A DNA stretch of 64,000 nt from Octopus bimaculoides (lineage: Eukaryota), in assembly GCF_001194135.2 (NCBI RefSeq), contig NC_068982.1, forward strand, positions 144,141,978 through 144,205,977, given 5' to 3'. Shown piece after piece: positions 22,981-36,039 of this stretch. The first letter of the stretch is position 1, and each line of letters begins with the position of its first letter. The position numbers and the translations under genes were made by a program. Under the pieces are notes generated by a model. That model was not told the origin of the DNA. It did no database searches and saw only the letters and a list, made by a program, of their open reading frames with translations.

Positions 22981-23809
22981 GTAAGATCTTTTTTCTAGTC
23001 TTCAAACTGCTTTGCTATTGATCCACCGTTCAATACTGTTCAGATTGTGTGTGAATGTGATTTACTCAATATGCCTAAATATGAATACAACTGTTTTTAC
23101 TTGGGTTAAATTATCTCACTTAACATTTCTGTATAATATATTGATTGCTTCATCTTGAACAATGTTTTCTTGCTCATCTTTTCCCATAACTAGTGCTAAG
23201 TTGCTTTCATTTGCATAGTGGTTTCATTTCATTGTTGTTGTCATTGTTGATTACCAGGTGAGCCTTGATTAAGAAGCCTTTTGGTTAAATCCATTCCAGC
23301 CATGTCTATTCTGCCTTTCTCTTATATCAGGGAACTCACTGCCATATTTTCCAGCATGCCTTTTCTAATATTGTAGAGTGTAGCTTAAGGGAGATTTTGG
23401 TTGTTTTTTTCTAGTAGCTTGAGCAACCACATGGAGGCTTCTTTATTAGCTTGACTTAATCTAGCAGCAATGTAATGTGGCTTTAAAATTTTCTCAGGCT
23501 TTCACTGTGTTGCTTGCAGTTTCAGATTTAGCTTCATGTTCTAAATCATTTTGATAAGTTTTATCTTGCTTTAGATTGTTGGATTGCCAAAGAAAAAAAT
23601 AATCCATTCATTTTCCTTTTTCACTTTGTGGTCTCTTTAAAATATATGTATTTCAGAATTACTTATTTTAATGCTTTCCAAATTGACCCAATGAGGAGTC
23701 TATGCAATAATTCAGCCCACAAAAAATAGCAATCAAATCTTCCTCAAATCACATTTTACTGTTTTAAAACCAGGACATATTAAATATATTCTCGATACAC
23801 TGGCACTTG

Positions 23810-23921
23810 TGCTAGTGGCACGTGAAAAGACATTCGAGCAAGGTCATTGCCAGTGTGGCTGGACTGGCTCCTGTGCAGGTGGCACGTAAAATACACCATT
23901 TTGAGCATGGCCGTTGCCAGT
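23810..23921 (+). mobile_element. RTE 3' UTR fragment running into a gap
   Basis: tggcacgtgaaaagacattcgagc...aaatacaccattttgagc subrepeat shared with 16152-16610 and 20556-20950. Confidence 0.7.
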
Positions 23922-24213
23922 NNNNNNNNNNNNNNNNNNNNNNNNNNNNNNNNNNNNNNNNNNNNNNNNNNNNNNNNNNNNNNNNNNNNNNNNNNNNNNN
24001 NNNNNNNNNNNNNNNNNNNNNNNNNNNNNNNNNNNNNNNNNNNNNNNNNNNNNNNNNNNNNNNNNNNNNNNNNNNNNNNNNNNNNNNNNNNNNNNNNNNN
24101 NNNNNNNNNNNNNNNNNNNNNNNNNNNNNNNNNNNNNNNNNNNNNNNNNNNNNNNNNNNNNNNNNNNNNNNNNNNNNNNNNNNNNNNNNNNNNNNNNNNN
24201 NNNNNNNNNNNNN
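23922..24213. other. Assembly gap (N run)
   Basis: Continuous N bases. Confidence 1.
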
Positions 24214-24229
24214 TTTAATAAATTGATTT

Positions 24230-24726
<497 letters not shown>

Positions 24727-27160
24727 TTAATCATTCAAGTTCTTCAAATATTTTAAAATTGTTTGAAATGAATTCCTTCAAATGCCTAGATGACTTTTTA
24801 AAAGTAGTTGTTGCCTAGGTAACTTATTCAATAGTAGAGATAGATGAGAGTAAGAACAAGGGGAATATGTTCAAAGAACAATTGCTTCTACTGGTAACAA
24901 AGAACTTCTCTGCCCAAGTAATGGGTTAACTGAGTACTTCTTATGTATGAAGTGTGATATTGCACGATGGCAAAACATGGTCACTGAAGAGTGTGTGTGT
25001 GTGTAGAGGATGTACGAAAGTCAGGAAAAAATGAAGCAAGCAAAGCTTCACTGAATATGCAGTAATATTGTTAATAAACAATGGAGAACAAATGAGCTGG
25101 GGGAAAATGGGTACAAGAGGAATTGGCAGTAGTGTAGAAGAGAAGTGACTTTTGGTATGGACATGTGATGTGTGAAGAAAATAATAGTTGGGTAAAAAAT
25201 GTCAAGCAATCAAGTGGAAGAAGATAGGAAGAAATGATGACGGTTGCTCTTAGCCTGCTGAATCAAGGGACCACAACAAGTATTAAGATACTACTAGTAA
25301 AGGCATGTTCAACTCGTGCAAGCTAGAAAAGATGATGATAGTCTATAATATTTTTCTGAACACACATGTTAAATATACTAATAAGGAGCATTCATAAGTG
25401 AAACTTTTGTTTCAGGTAATTATACCTTGTTACATCTAGTTTTATCAAAAAGTACTGTAGAACTATGAAAATTAGATCATTGTCCTTCAAGTACAGGTAT
25501 ACCTATTTGATTAAGAAGTTTGCTTTGCAACCACATATTTCTGGGTTCAAGCCCAACAAAAGGCACTTTGGACAAGTGTCTTCTGCCATAACCATAAAGT
25601 TGCTGAATCTTCGTTAGTGATATATCTATATACAAGTCTGTAGAAATGAAGTAAACTATCTGAAGAGGATGTGACTTTGATGAACTTAGCCAGTCAATAT
25701 CAGCCAGTATCAGATCTAAGTAGTTTGGTCAGTATAATTGACTGTGGGCAATGTCCCAACATGGTTGCAGTCTATTGGTTGAATCCAATAAAAGAAAAGA
25801 ATAAAACATTGCCGTAATAACAGTGACAATTATGATGATATATGAATATCTCTTGGCAGGATTTGGGTAGGTCTGCAATATTGCACATTGCCACTGATTT
25901 TGATCCTACATGATCCCTTTAGACATGACCCTTCTATGTATCACCATCACTTCCTTCCACATCTTTCTCTGCCACAGGAACTAGCAACATAACACTTTTC
26001 ATCCAACATTTATTATCCATGTCTGTTACATGTCCTTACCACTAAAGTCAGTTCCTATAATACCCCCAGTCCCCCACTGATCTAACATCTCATGTATTGT
26101 ATTTCTTACAGCTTACTTTTGGTTTAGACAGAAAAACCTTTCGTTGCCAACAAAGACAACTACTAAACACCTTTCATCTTTCCTTACTTTAATTACTGTA
26201 CTATCACTATAATTACCCCTTATTGCTGTTTAATCTCAGGCCTTTTTTTGATTGAATATATCAGTCACTCCAATCATAACCATTTTTTTTTTTCAGGCAT
26301 AGTGTATCTAAGACTAAATTATCTGATGTTTTTTTTTCTTTAAAGATAATAAATTGTAAATTGTCATTTATATCTAGCTAGTCAATGATGTCATAAAAAC
26401 TCCCTCATTAGTTTGTTTTGCACTAATTAAATCATTCTTTAGTGACAAAAATTATATGCTATATTCAGCCAGCTTGTCTGATGAGTTTCATGACTGTTTC
26501 TATAGCTAGCTATTGTTCATAAATCAAATCTGAAGTCACATGTTTTAATAAGTCCTTTGAAACCTTTCTTCATTCATTACATTATTAGAGAATCCAGTTA
26601 AAAGAAAAAAAGGCTTCAGGTAGAAATTCAACTCTTGGATGAACACTATCTAACTGGTGGTTTCATTGCTACTCTTCTTATTCACAGCAACAATTCATAT
26701 AGTGCTGACCTGTAATTCTATGCAATACAAATATGCTCAAAATCTGAGTTGATGGTGATTTGTTTCCTTTAATTTTATTGTAAGAATATTGGGCCCATCA
26801 TATGGCTGTTGGTTTTTTCTCTTTCTACTGTTATATTTAGCATTTAAAACATTTTACTTCCCATATAGTGAATAGGTAGTTCTTGTATACTGTTCCTGAT
26901 GGTTCTTTAAACTTGCATGTTAGTACATCTTGAAAATTTATACACAATCATTTAAGACTTTTTTTTAGTTTGTAGCTGCTTTAGAGCCATTATTTTTTGT
27001 TGCCAATGGTGGAGTAGGTTTTTAAATATAAACATTTGCTGCAATTGGGTGTTTTATGTATAATAATTGTTTTTTCTTATAAAGTACTGCTTCAGTGAAG
27101 TTTAAAATGCTATTTTTCAACCAGGCAGAATTCCTTCCCTTACACTGGAGATTTATCTGA

Positions 27161-27364
<204 letters not shown>

Positions 27365-28306
27365 TAAGTTAATGTTAGACTATCACTGTGGTGATACATT
27401 CGTTTGGAACAGTTTGCTATAAATTCTTAAATTAGCAAATACCTTAGTGATTAATGCAAAAAGAGTTATTCTATTAATAAACAGCTTATTTGAAAATCAT
27501 CTGCAGAAAATATTCATTACAAAAAGTATGAATTATTGTGGAGCCATTCTCAGTTGTAGCCAACTACTTAATCATTTATTCTCTCCCTCCCTCCTACTCA
27601 ATAATTCTTTCCCTCTGTGTATCTATGTGTGATGTTTCTTCACTCATTGCCTGGTACCAAGCCTAGTATTCACATTAATCCTGTCATCCTGTATGTCTTA
27701 TCTTAACTCTATTTCTCTTTTACTCTCTATTTTATTGAAGAGGGTTGTTGTGCTAATAAGAAATACATAGGTTCTGTTTCACTTCTCTCATTATTATTAG
27801 TTAACCATTCAACTAACTGATTGTTTAATTAAACATTTGGTCAGTCGTAGGGTCATCAGTCCTTTTGTTGTCACTTGTAACCTCATGAAGGACATATCCT
27901 CATTATTTGTCTCATCGTTATCATTTAATGTCTTCCAGCTGACATGGGTTGGACTGTCTCTTACCTAATTTTCAGATTCTATATTTTAATGGTGATGTGT
28001 ATGAGAAGGAGAGAGGTGGAGTGTACTTGCATCTGTGTGCATGATATGTATTCTCTAAGTGTGTATAAAATTGTGTGTGCATGCACACGCACCTGTTTGA
28101 TTTGGATTATATAATAATTTTTTATTATTCAATTTTTTTTTTTTTTACTTTTCAAAAGTTCTAATTTAAATAATTATCTAGCAAAAAAAAAGAGAGCAAA
28201 TACATTTAACCAAGATGTATCTTTTTCCTAAAAATTACTCTTTTGGTTTTTAAGTATGCAGTAAATTGCTTTTTTATTTTCTATAATTCATGTTTGTTGC
28301 AGCTGA

Positions 28307-28456
<150 letters not shown>

Positions 28457-28533
28457 TAGTTGTTTGTTTCAGTTTGTGTATGATTTTGAACTGTCTGCTC
28501 TTCCATCTTATAAAGTTTAAACTTTCTTTTTAG

Positions 28534-28662
<129 letters not shown>

Positions 28663-28744
28663 TGAAACCATTAAAAAATGATTGCTGTTAAAAGATTTAT
28701 AAGAACACAAATGAGAATTGATATGAATAGATATAAATGAAAGA

Positions 28745-29060
28745 AGGCATGTGATCTAGTGGTTAGGGTATTCATCTAACAGTTGTAAGGTCATGAGTTC
28801 GATTCCCGGTAGTGTGTTGTGTCTTTGAGCAAGACACTTTATTTCACGTTGCTCCAACCCCCTCAGTTGGCAAAAACAAGTTGTACCTGTAATTCAAAGA
28901 GCCTTGTCACATTCTGTATCACACTGAATCCCCCTGAGAACTATGTTAAGGGTACCCGGGTCTGTGGCATGCTCAGCCACTTGCACATTAATTTCATGAG
29001 TAGGCTGTTCCGTTGATCAGATCAACTGAAAACCTTATCATAACTGAGGGAGTGCCATTA
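28745..29060 (+). mobile_element. tRNA-derived SINE with CORE-like domain (family 3)
   Basis: A box tgatctagtggttagg, B box gagttcgattccc, then gtgtctttgagcaagacactt. Confidence 0.75.
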
Positions 29061-29559
29061 GATAAAAATGAAATTATTGTTTCATTAATTTTCTAGTAAT
29101 TTTTTTTATTGATCATTTTTATGTCTGATTTTCCATGGCAGCTCAGACATGAATTTATTTGATTAGTATTTTATAGCCTGATACTTTTCCTGTTGTAAAA
29201 CTGTTTTCTATTTTTCAAGTAAAGTACTTTTATTCTGCTTATCACAAGTTGCAGAGTCTATTGTTTATAGGGGACATAAATCTATCCCTTTCTTTTGCAC
29301 AAACTGTCATGTAAATATACACACGGATACATGTGTATATGACGGGCTTCACAGTTTCCATCTACTAATATCACTCATGAAGTACTGGTCAACTTGAGAC
29401 GCTTGCTCAACCTGCCACACAGGATAAAGCCTGAAACCATGCGGGTGCGAAGTGACCTGCATATCCATTCTACCATGCCTTTCTGTATCAAATAATTTCT
29501 TGTAAAACAGCATTTAACTTCTGTCTTTCATGCTAGCTATGATGTGTATATTATGCATG

Positions 29560-29830
29560 GCTCAGTGGTTAGTTTTGGGCTTACAACTGTGAGCTTGATT
29601 CTTGGATTGGGCTGTGTGTTGTGTCCTTGAGCAAAACATTTTATTTCATATTACTCCAGTTCACTCAGATGTAAAAATGTTATGTCTCTGATGCCAAGCT
29701 GTATCAGCCTTTGCTTTTCACTTGGACAACATTAGGTGAGGGGAGACTGGCATGCATGGACAACTTGCTGGTCTTCTATAAACAGCCTTGCTTGGACTTC
29801 ATTTGTGACTGAAGGGATCTTTACCCTTTA
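29560..29830 (+). mobile_element. Degenerate tRNA-derived CORE-like SINE
   Basis: tggctcagtggttag ... gtgttgtgtccttgagcaaaacattt. Confidence 0.6.
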
Positions 29831-30053
29831 CTGTTTATTAACAAATCAGTAAATATATAAGTTTCATGTAGTTATCCAAGTAACTCTTAGTGGACATGAA
29901 TATCTGAGAAATAATCATATGTAATAGACATTAAGCACTTCCCTGGAAATGACTAGAGAATTTTGTTTCGTGTGTATATATGTCTGTAGAATCACAAGAC
30001 TTTGATTAATAGATTAAAAAATAACAAGTCTGTTCATTGTCTTTTAATTCTAG

Positions 30054-30232
30054 TTGATGAAAATGGTAATGTTGACCCAAACAGGGTTCTCATTTTACAT
30101 GAACAACAAGAAATGTCCTTTGAGATGTATCACCAATTAAAACCTGAAGCCAATGATGAAAACCAAGTGATGGAATATGCAAACTTTGTTGGGAAATCAT
30201 GTGCACAGCGAATGTTCCTCTTCCGTGTATAG
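30054..30232 (+). CDS. ATE1: ATE1 terminal coding exon 10
   Basis: ttaattctag| acceptor; (V)DENGNVDPNRVLILH...VMEYANFVGKSCAQRMFLFRV* (EYA.LVG..CA.RM motif); stop TAG at 30230-30232. Total CDS is 1437 nt with one exon 6. Confidence 0.95.
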
Positions 30233-33060
30233 CTTTATTTGTTTTATCTCTCTGCTTGAAATCATATTGTAAATTATTTATGCAAATTCAATGTATATTT
30301 GAGTGGGGTGACAGCTTCTCTATTTTTATGATGCTTTTACAGTTTTTATTTAGAACCTAATCAGTTTCAATCATTTTTATACTTGCCATTTCATCAACAT
30401 AGACTACTAGATCAGGAAGAGAAAAAGAAAGGCACTATTTTTCATTTACTTTGATAGGTTCAGCATTAGAAAAAAACTTATTTATTGAAATAACTTTTCA
30501 ACTAGAACAGATTTAGTGTTTTGACTCCCAAATTCCACACTGTCTAAGTTAATTCTAAGAAATCATGTCATGCACATTGCATCTCCAATCTAAGCTTTGC
30601 AACACAAGCTTTTTCTTCTCAGTGTTCCCTGTAAAATGGTTCTTATAAAATTACTATCCCATCTAAGTTCATTATTCTTGGAACTGCAGGCATGTGTCTT
30701 TAACTCCAAAATTCTTGCAAGAACCAAGTTATCTGAAAAGTTATTCAACCAGAGCTAGATCTCATGGAATAACTATGTGAAGAATATACACTTTCACTTT
30801 ACCATTGACTCAACTTTGAAGATTACATAGCTTGTAAGAAATAGTAACCAAATCTCTGCAATAGACAGTAAGCGATCTTTTGGGAGTAACGATTTTCATG
30901 CAAATAACCAAATCAAGATATTACTATTTACTCAGCTGCTGAAGTGATGCTGCAATGTTGTAAAACCACAGGTCCAAAGTTTACAATGCTTGAAGCCCAA
31001 AGTTTTTTTGTCTCAAGTGAAATTCCTTAAAGTAATCAAATTGGGTTATAAAAGTTCTGGTTAGTTGAATTGCATTTTTTTTTTGGTAAACTGATGAAAC
31101 AATAAAGTCTTTTAATTTAATTTGTTTTTGTGGAATCTTATTATTCTAACCAGTACTTTTTCAGGTTTAGGAGATTTTTCTAATTGCATCTGCCATATGT
31201 TGCTTATAATGAATTAGAAAAGACCATAGATATTTAAACCATCAGTCAGAACTAAATATGCCTTGATAATGTGCAGTTATGTTTTAAGTTCTCAGCACCG
31301 TGGCTGTAGATTAAATAACAGCAGTATGAATGAAGCCTGTTGATAGACTAGGCTGCTGACAACACTCTCACCTGTCTATTAATTTAATTATTATGGATCT
31401 TAAAGTTCAGTTTCATCTTCAAAGTATTATCTGTAGCTCATCAACCAAATTTGTGTAAAACCACCTGCACTAAGCCTAATTAATAAAATGTGAAATAAAA
31501 TAGAGCCAATTTTAAAAACCATTTTATTGAAGAAATGTTATGAGAATTGCACGAAGGTATAATATTTCGTTAAATATAAAGTGTTTTAACTAGTTTTAAC
31601 AGTAGGAAAAGTCCTGTTTTAATAACACTCAACAGTTGTGGTTCTATTTACATTCACAGAAGTTCTCCTTGCTCCAAGAATAAACAGGATAGACATTTAA
31701 TAACAATTAATAGACGTAAGGAAAATGAAATTTTACAATTGATTATCTAGAATTGAAATTTAAATCTGTAATTTAGCCTGGAATTTCTCAGGCTTTACAG
31801 TATGACAGAAACACAATTTGATTTATCTTTTACGGCACCAGTCATAATCAGCTCAGTACAAGCAAGCCTTTGGCACAAAGGTAGCCAACATGTCAAACAC
31901 TCTGGGAATCCCACTGTACATTTTGCCAAGTGGTCAGATCATGTCACCTGTGTTGTGTGGTTGCAGCAGTTATGGGTAAGGTGAACTTATCAAAAGCTAC
32001 AAAGTCTGGATTATTTGGAATTCACTGGTGATAGTCTTTGTTAACCAAGCACTAGTTTTAGAGTTAGCATTGCTATTAATTTTGTGGATTGTAAGTTCTT
32101 TACTAAGTCATTATTTTCAAAATCAATTGAAAGATAGACATAATTTATAAAATTATTAAAGGTGTGCTTTGCAGACTAACACTGGTATTAGGAGGAAGGG
32201 ATTAAAATGATTTTTTTTTTCTGCCCCCAGCAATGGCTAGTTGATTACCCGTTAGAAATGTAGATTTAAAACTGTCCTTAGCAATTGTACAGCTTATAAA
32301 ATATCTTTTCCCCCAGTATAACTATGGTTGTGGCACACAAATTGAATTACCCTTGGAGTATTGGACACCCAGAAGTATGCATTTTCTACCACTTGTAAGT
32401 AGAGGAAGCACAGAGTTGGTTTGTGGATGGAATAAGACCAGATGATCAGTTGTATAAACTAATTTCACATGATTAGGGAACTAGAACGCTCCCAATATAA
32501 AATACCACAGATCCTACAATTGAAGTAGATCCAGGGATTTCTTTTTTAAAAAAAAAACCTTCCCTCCTCACACACGCTCATGTACACAAACATTAGTGAT
32601 GGCTGTTATTTCTCAATTCTGTTGCTGGAAATATCTTGTGACTTCAAATCTAATTTTCCCCCAAATTTTAAGAGTTTATTTCCATCCAACCTATGATAGT
32701 GTATGTTTGCAGTATTTGAGAGATACAAACTTGAATGTTGTATTTGAAAATAAATAATTTACCTTTGCAGATCTACTAAGATGCCCTATTACAGAACAAT
32801 ATGTTTTAGTTATATTGTTTCTACTTGTTGGCAATGTTCATGGAATAATATGCCTTATATTTTCTCAGACAAACAATATATTATTCAGTTCTGTTCTGTT
32901 CTGGATTCAAAGATCAGTTGATTCCACACTTAATTTGTATGGATTGTTCTTATTTTAGTTGGTTCAAACATTCAATTCTTATCTTGGAAATCGACAGCCT
33001 TTTCACACACGTGTTGTGTGTCCTGTTTTCCAGTTAAACCTATTAAATAAACAATTAAAA
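30233..33060 (+). other. ATE1: Probable long ATE1 3' UTR
   Basis: About 3 kb with no recognisable interspersed repeat after the stop codon. AATAAA occurs at about 31100, 31482, 32749, 33046 and 33257. The end point is inferred. Confidence 0.45.
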
Positions 33061-33324
33061 TGACCATTTTACAACAATGCTACTATATATATAAAATCAA
33101 TGTTTTATATCTACTCATTATTATAAACACTAAGACTTAGGGCTATTATTACTATAACAATCATAAACTCTTACTGGTTTTGGTCAATTATATTGCTTCT
33201 TCCGCTTCATCAAATACAGAATTTTATCAATTTCTACTCAATATATAATTTTTAAAAATAAAATCATTAGATTTAAATATTTTATATACTTGTGTGTATG
33301 CACACACACATATATAGGCACACT

Positions 33325-33676
33325 TCTCAACCACATGGTTCTGGGTTCAATCCCACTGCATGGCACCTTGGGCAAATGTCTTCTATATAGCCTTGAGTGG
33401 ATTCAGCAGACAGGAACTGAAATAAGCCCCTTGTATATAAATGTATAAGGGTGTTTGTCTTGACATTGCAATGATAGTTGTAAACAAGTGTCACTATCAA
33501 ACAAGCAACGTCATTCAAATTCCAGTATTCTGTGAGAACATATCTAGCCATGGGGAAATATCTTGCTTGAAAAGAATGAGGGTTGGTGACAGGAAGGGCA
33601 TCCAATTGTAGAAAATCTGCCGCAAACTTTATCCAACACACACAAGCATGAAAAAGTGGAGGTTAAATGATGATGT
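33325..33676 (+). mobile_element. CORE-like SINE ending in an RTE-derived tail
   Basis: Head gggttcaatcccactgcatggcaccttgggcaaatgtcttc; tail ggaagggcatccaattgtagaaaatctgcc...gttaaatgatgatg matches the RTE 3' end. Confidence 0.7.
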
Positions 33677-34179
33677 ATATATGCCAAGCTCTCTACAAAA
33701 CATCACTCACAAAATGTTGGTCAAAAAACTTAACTACACAACCATGCCAAAAGTAATATATTTTTAGCTGAGCTAAATACTATATGGCATGTGGTTTGCT
33801 ACAAAACTATTCCACTACTGAACAACAGTTAGACCAAGTCTTCAGTCTGAATAATAGATTGTAATGCGTTGCTACATAGTGCTTCCTCCTTTGAGTAAAG
33901 ATACTTTATTAGTATGATTTTTTTTGTCAGCTAAGTCTGCTGTGAGATACAACAGGGGTTCTAATCCATGAATAATGTTTTGGGATGTACCCTATTAGCT
34001 GATGATTTCATATCTTCTTTCTTCCTAGTTTGTAACTATTCCTGCAGTGGACATGTGGTCTCAACAGACCTACTTGTAGCCTGTAATCTCCAGCTGGGTT
34101 ACTTACAAAGATCAAAGTAAAAGTTAGCAATAACTTATAAGTAGTTTCTTCCTTTTCTATCAACCAGTCTAGGGATACT

Positions 34180-34380
34180 GTCTCATTTAACGTCTGTTTT
34201 CCATGCTGGCACAGATTGGTCAGTTTGACAGGAGCTGTCCAGACTCCAATTGTCTGTTGTGGCATGGTTTCTATGGATGGATGCCCTTCCTAATGCCAAC
34301 AATCTTACAGAGTGTGCTGGGTTCTTTTCACATGCCACCAGCAGCATGGGTGCATTTTATGCGGCACTGACACCTGTAAA
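34180..34380 (-). mobile_element. RTE-tail-related fragment
   Basis: tcatttaacgtctgttttccatgctggc...ggatgcccttcctaatgccaac. Confidence 0.7.
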
Positions 34381-35816
34381 GGACATGCCTGTAATTTTGT
34401 CTCTTGAGATAAGTGAAATTGTACCATTAATACATTTATATATATTATTTATATATATTATAGACACAGTTAACAAACCTTGTTATAATAGTTTATGAAA
34501 AAATTCAAACAAGGGTTGGATGCTTCTTTGAGGATTCCTGATCTTCATACCATGCAAGCATCTCCTCACTGAAAGCCTCAGCTAAAGATTCACCTGCATT
34601 GAGTGTGAAGCTATTGTCACGTGATTTAATTGTACTTTCACTGGAGCTTGAAGGCATTGATGCATTACTGAAATAAAAAAATAAAATCTAAATTTAAACC
34701 AAAGAATTAGTGAGGACAAACTTTGTGAAATTATGATCAAGAGAAAGGCATTTCATTTAGTGAAAAGTCAGATCCATTATAAGATACAATATCCTCATCA
34801 CAGCTTTCCTGCAATTCCATACAAGGCAATACAAGTGTGTTGCAAATTTTTTCTCAATCTGAGAAATTAAACAAAATAATTTTGATTTGCAAAGAGCAAA
34901 CCTATTTCAAAGAAATCCTGAAAACAAATAGAAATCTTAATGTACATCATGGAAGCCACCATTATAATTACAAAATACCAAAATTGTACCTGTCTAACAT
35001 AACCCTTTTCAACAGCCACATTTTAAGTATCATAACTTAAAAAATCAAGAATTGAAGGCAAATGGTGAGGACTTATGTAGGCAGCAACTAATAAATAAAT
35101 GAAAATTTGTCTGTAACATGTCAAAGTCAGTTGCAATGAGTTGAATCTGTTGTGTCAATATCTAAGCCCAAATGATTCATTTTCCCAGGGAAGTTTCACA
35201 AACACATCGATACAGAACTAGTTTTCAGTAATTTAGGTTATATGAATGAACAGAATTCAGGCCAGGTGTTTCTAGTTAATATTAAGGAGATAAAATTTGT
35301 ACATTAGACCATGGACTGTCTAAATATGAGTCTTAGCTACATTCACACTGAGGTTTACTACAGCCTATTCACTGATTGTTTTTCACTCATAGTTTACCTT
35401 TATTTGTAGTAGTTATTCAATCTGCCATCTGAGGGAACATACCAGATAACCTATTAACAAGCACACTTGGTCAAGTCAGTTTGTTCTGTTATTTATTACA
35501 GAAATGTATGACTATTCACTGGTTTTGCCTATATTGTGATCTTCAAGTATAACTAATCAGGGAAGCTACAAATGCTAAGATATGTTTCCTGATACTGACA
35601 TGATCTTCATGGCAATATTTCTTTACAGGGAACGAGAAACTCTATGATGAGATCAAGGAGAGCTGATCTGTAAATTTATAGCTCCAACCCACCTTTTTGT
35701 ATGATAATAAAAAGAAAATAATTGAATTAGATTGTTATAAATTTAGACCAGGAAATAATAGCTAGTTTTGTGGCACCTGACTCAAGGAATAGATATCAGC
35801 ACCAACAGTGCCATAC

Positions 35817-36039
35817 TAAACATTTAGCATTTAGATTGGCCATATTTGTCCCAAATATTCTGTTTTACATTCAAACCAGCCAGATCTAGCTTCTCACACT
35901 TATCCTATGATGTCATTCTAAAAATGAACAATCATGTCATCAAAATCTCAAAGCTGCAAGACCATGCATAGTTAATTCAAAACAATGTGAATAAATAAGT
36001 ATTACACTTGACAGAGTAATCTAAATGCTAAAAGGTTAA
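35817..36039. mobile_element. MITE-like non-autonomous DNA transposon (about 220 bp)
   Basis: Terminal inverted repeat tttagcatttaga / tctaaatgctaaa. The right end reads ...aaaggTTAA, a TTAA-type target; the left end is degraded. Confidence 0.5.

Noticed and set aside
25832-25897. Box C/D-like pattern in ATE1 intron 6
   Set aside because: There is no terminal stem or recognisable guide, and the motifs are expected by chance in AT-rich DNA.
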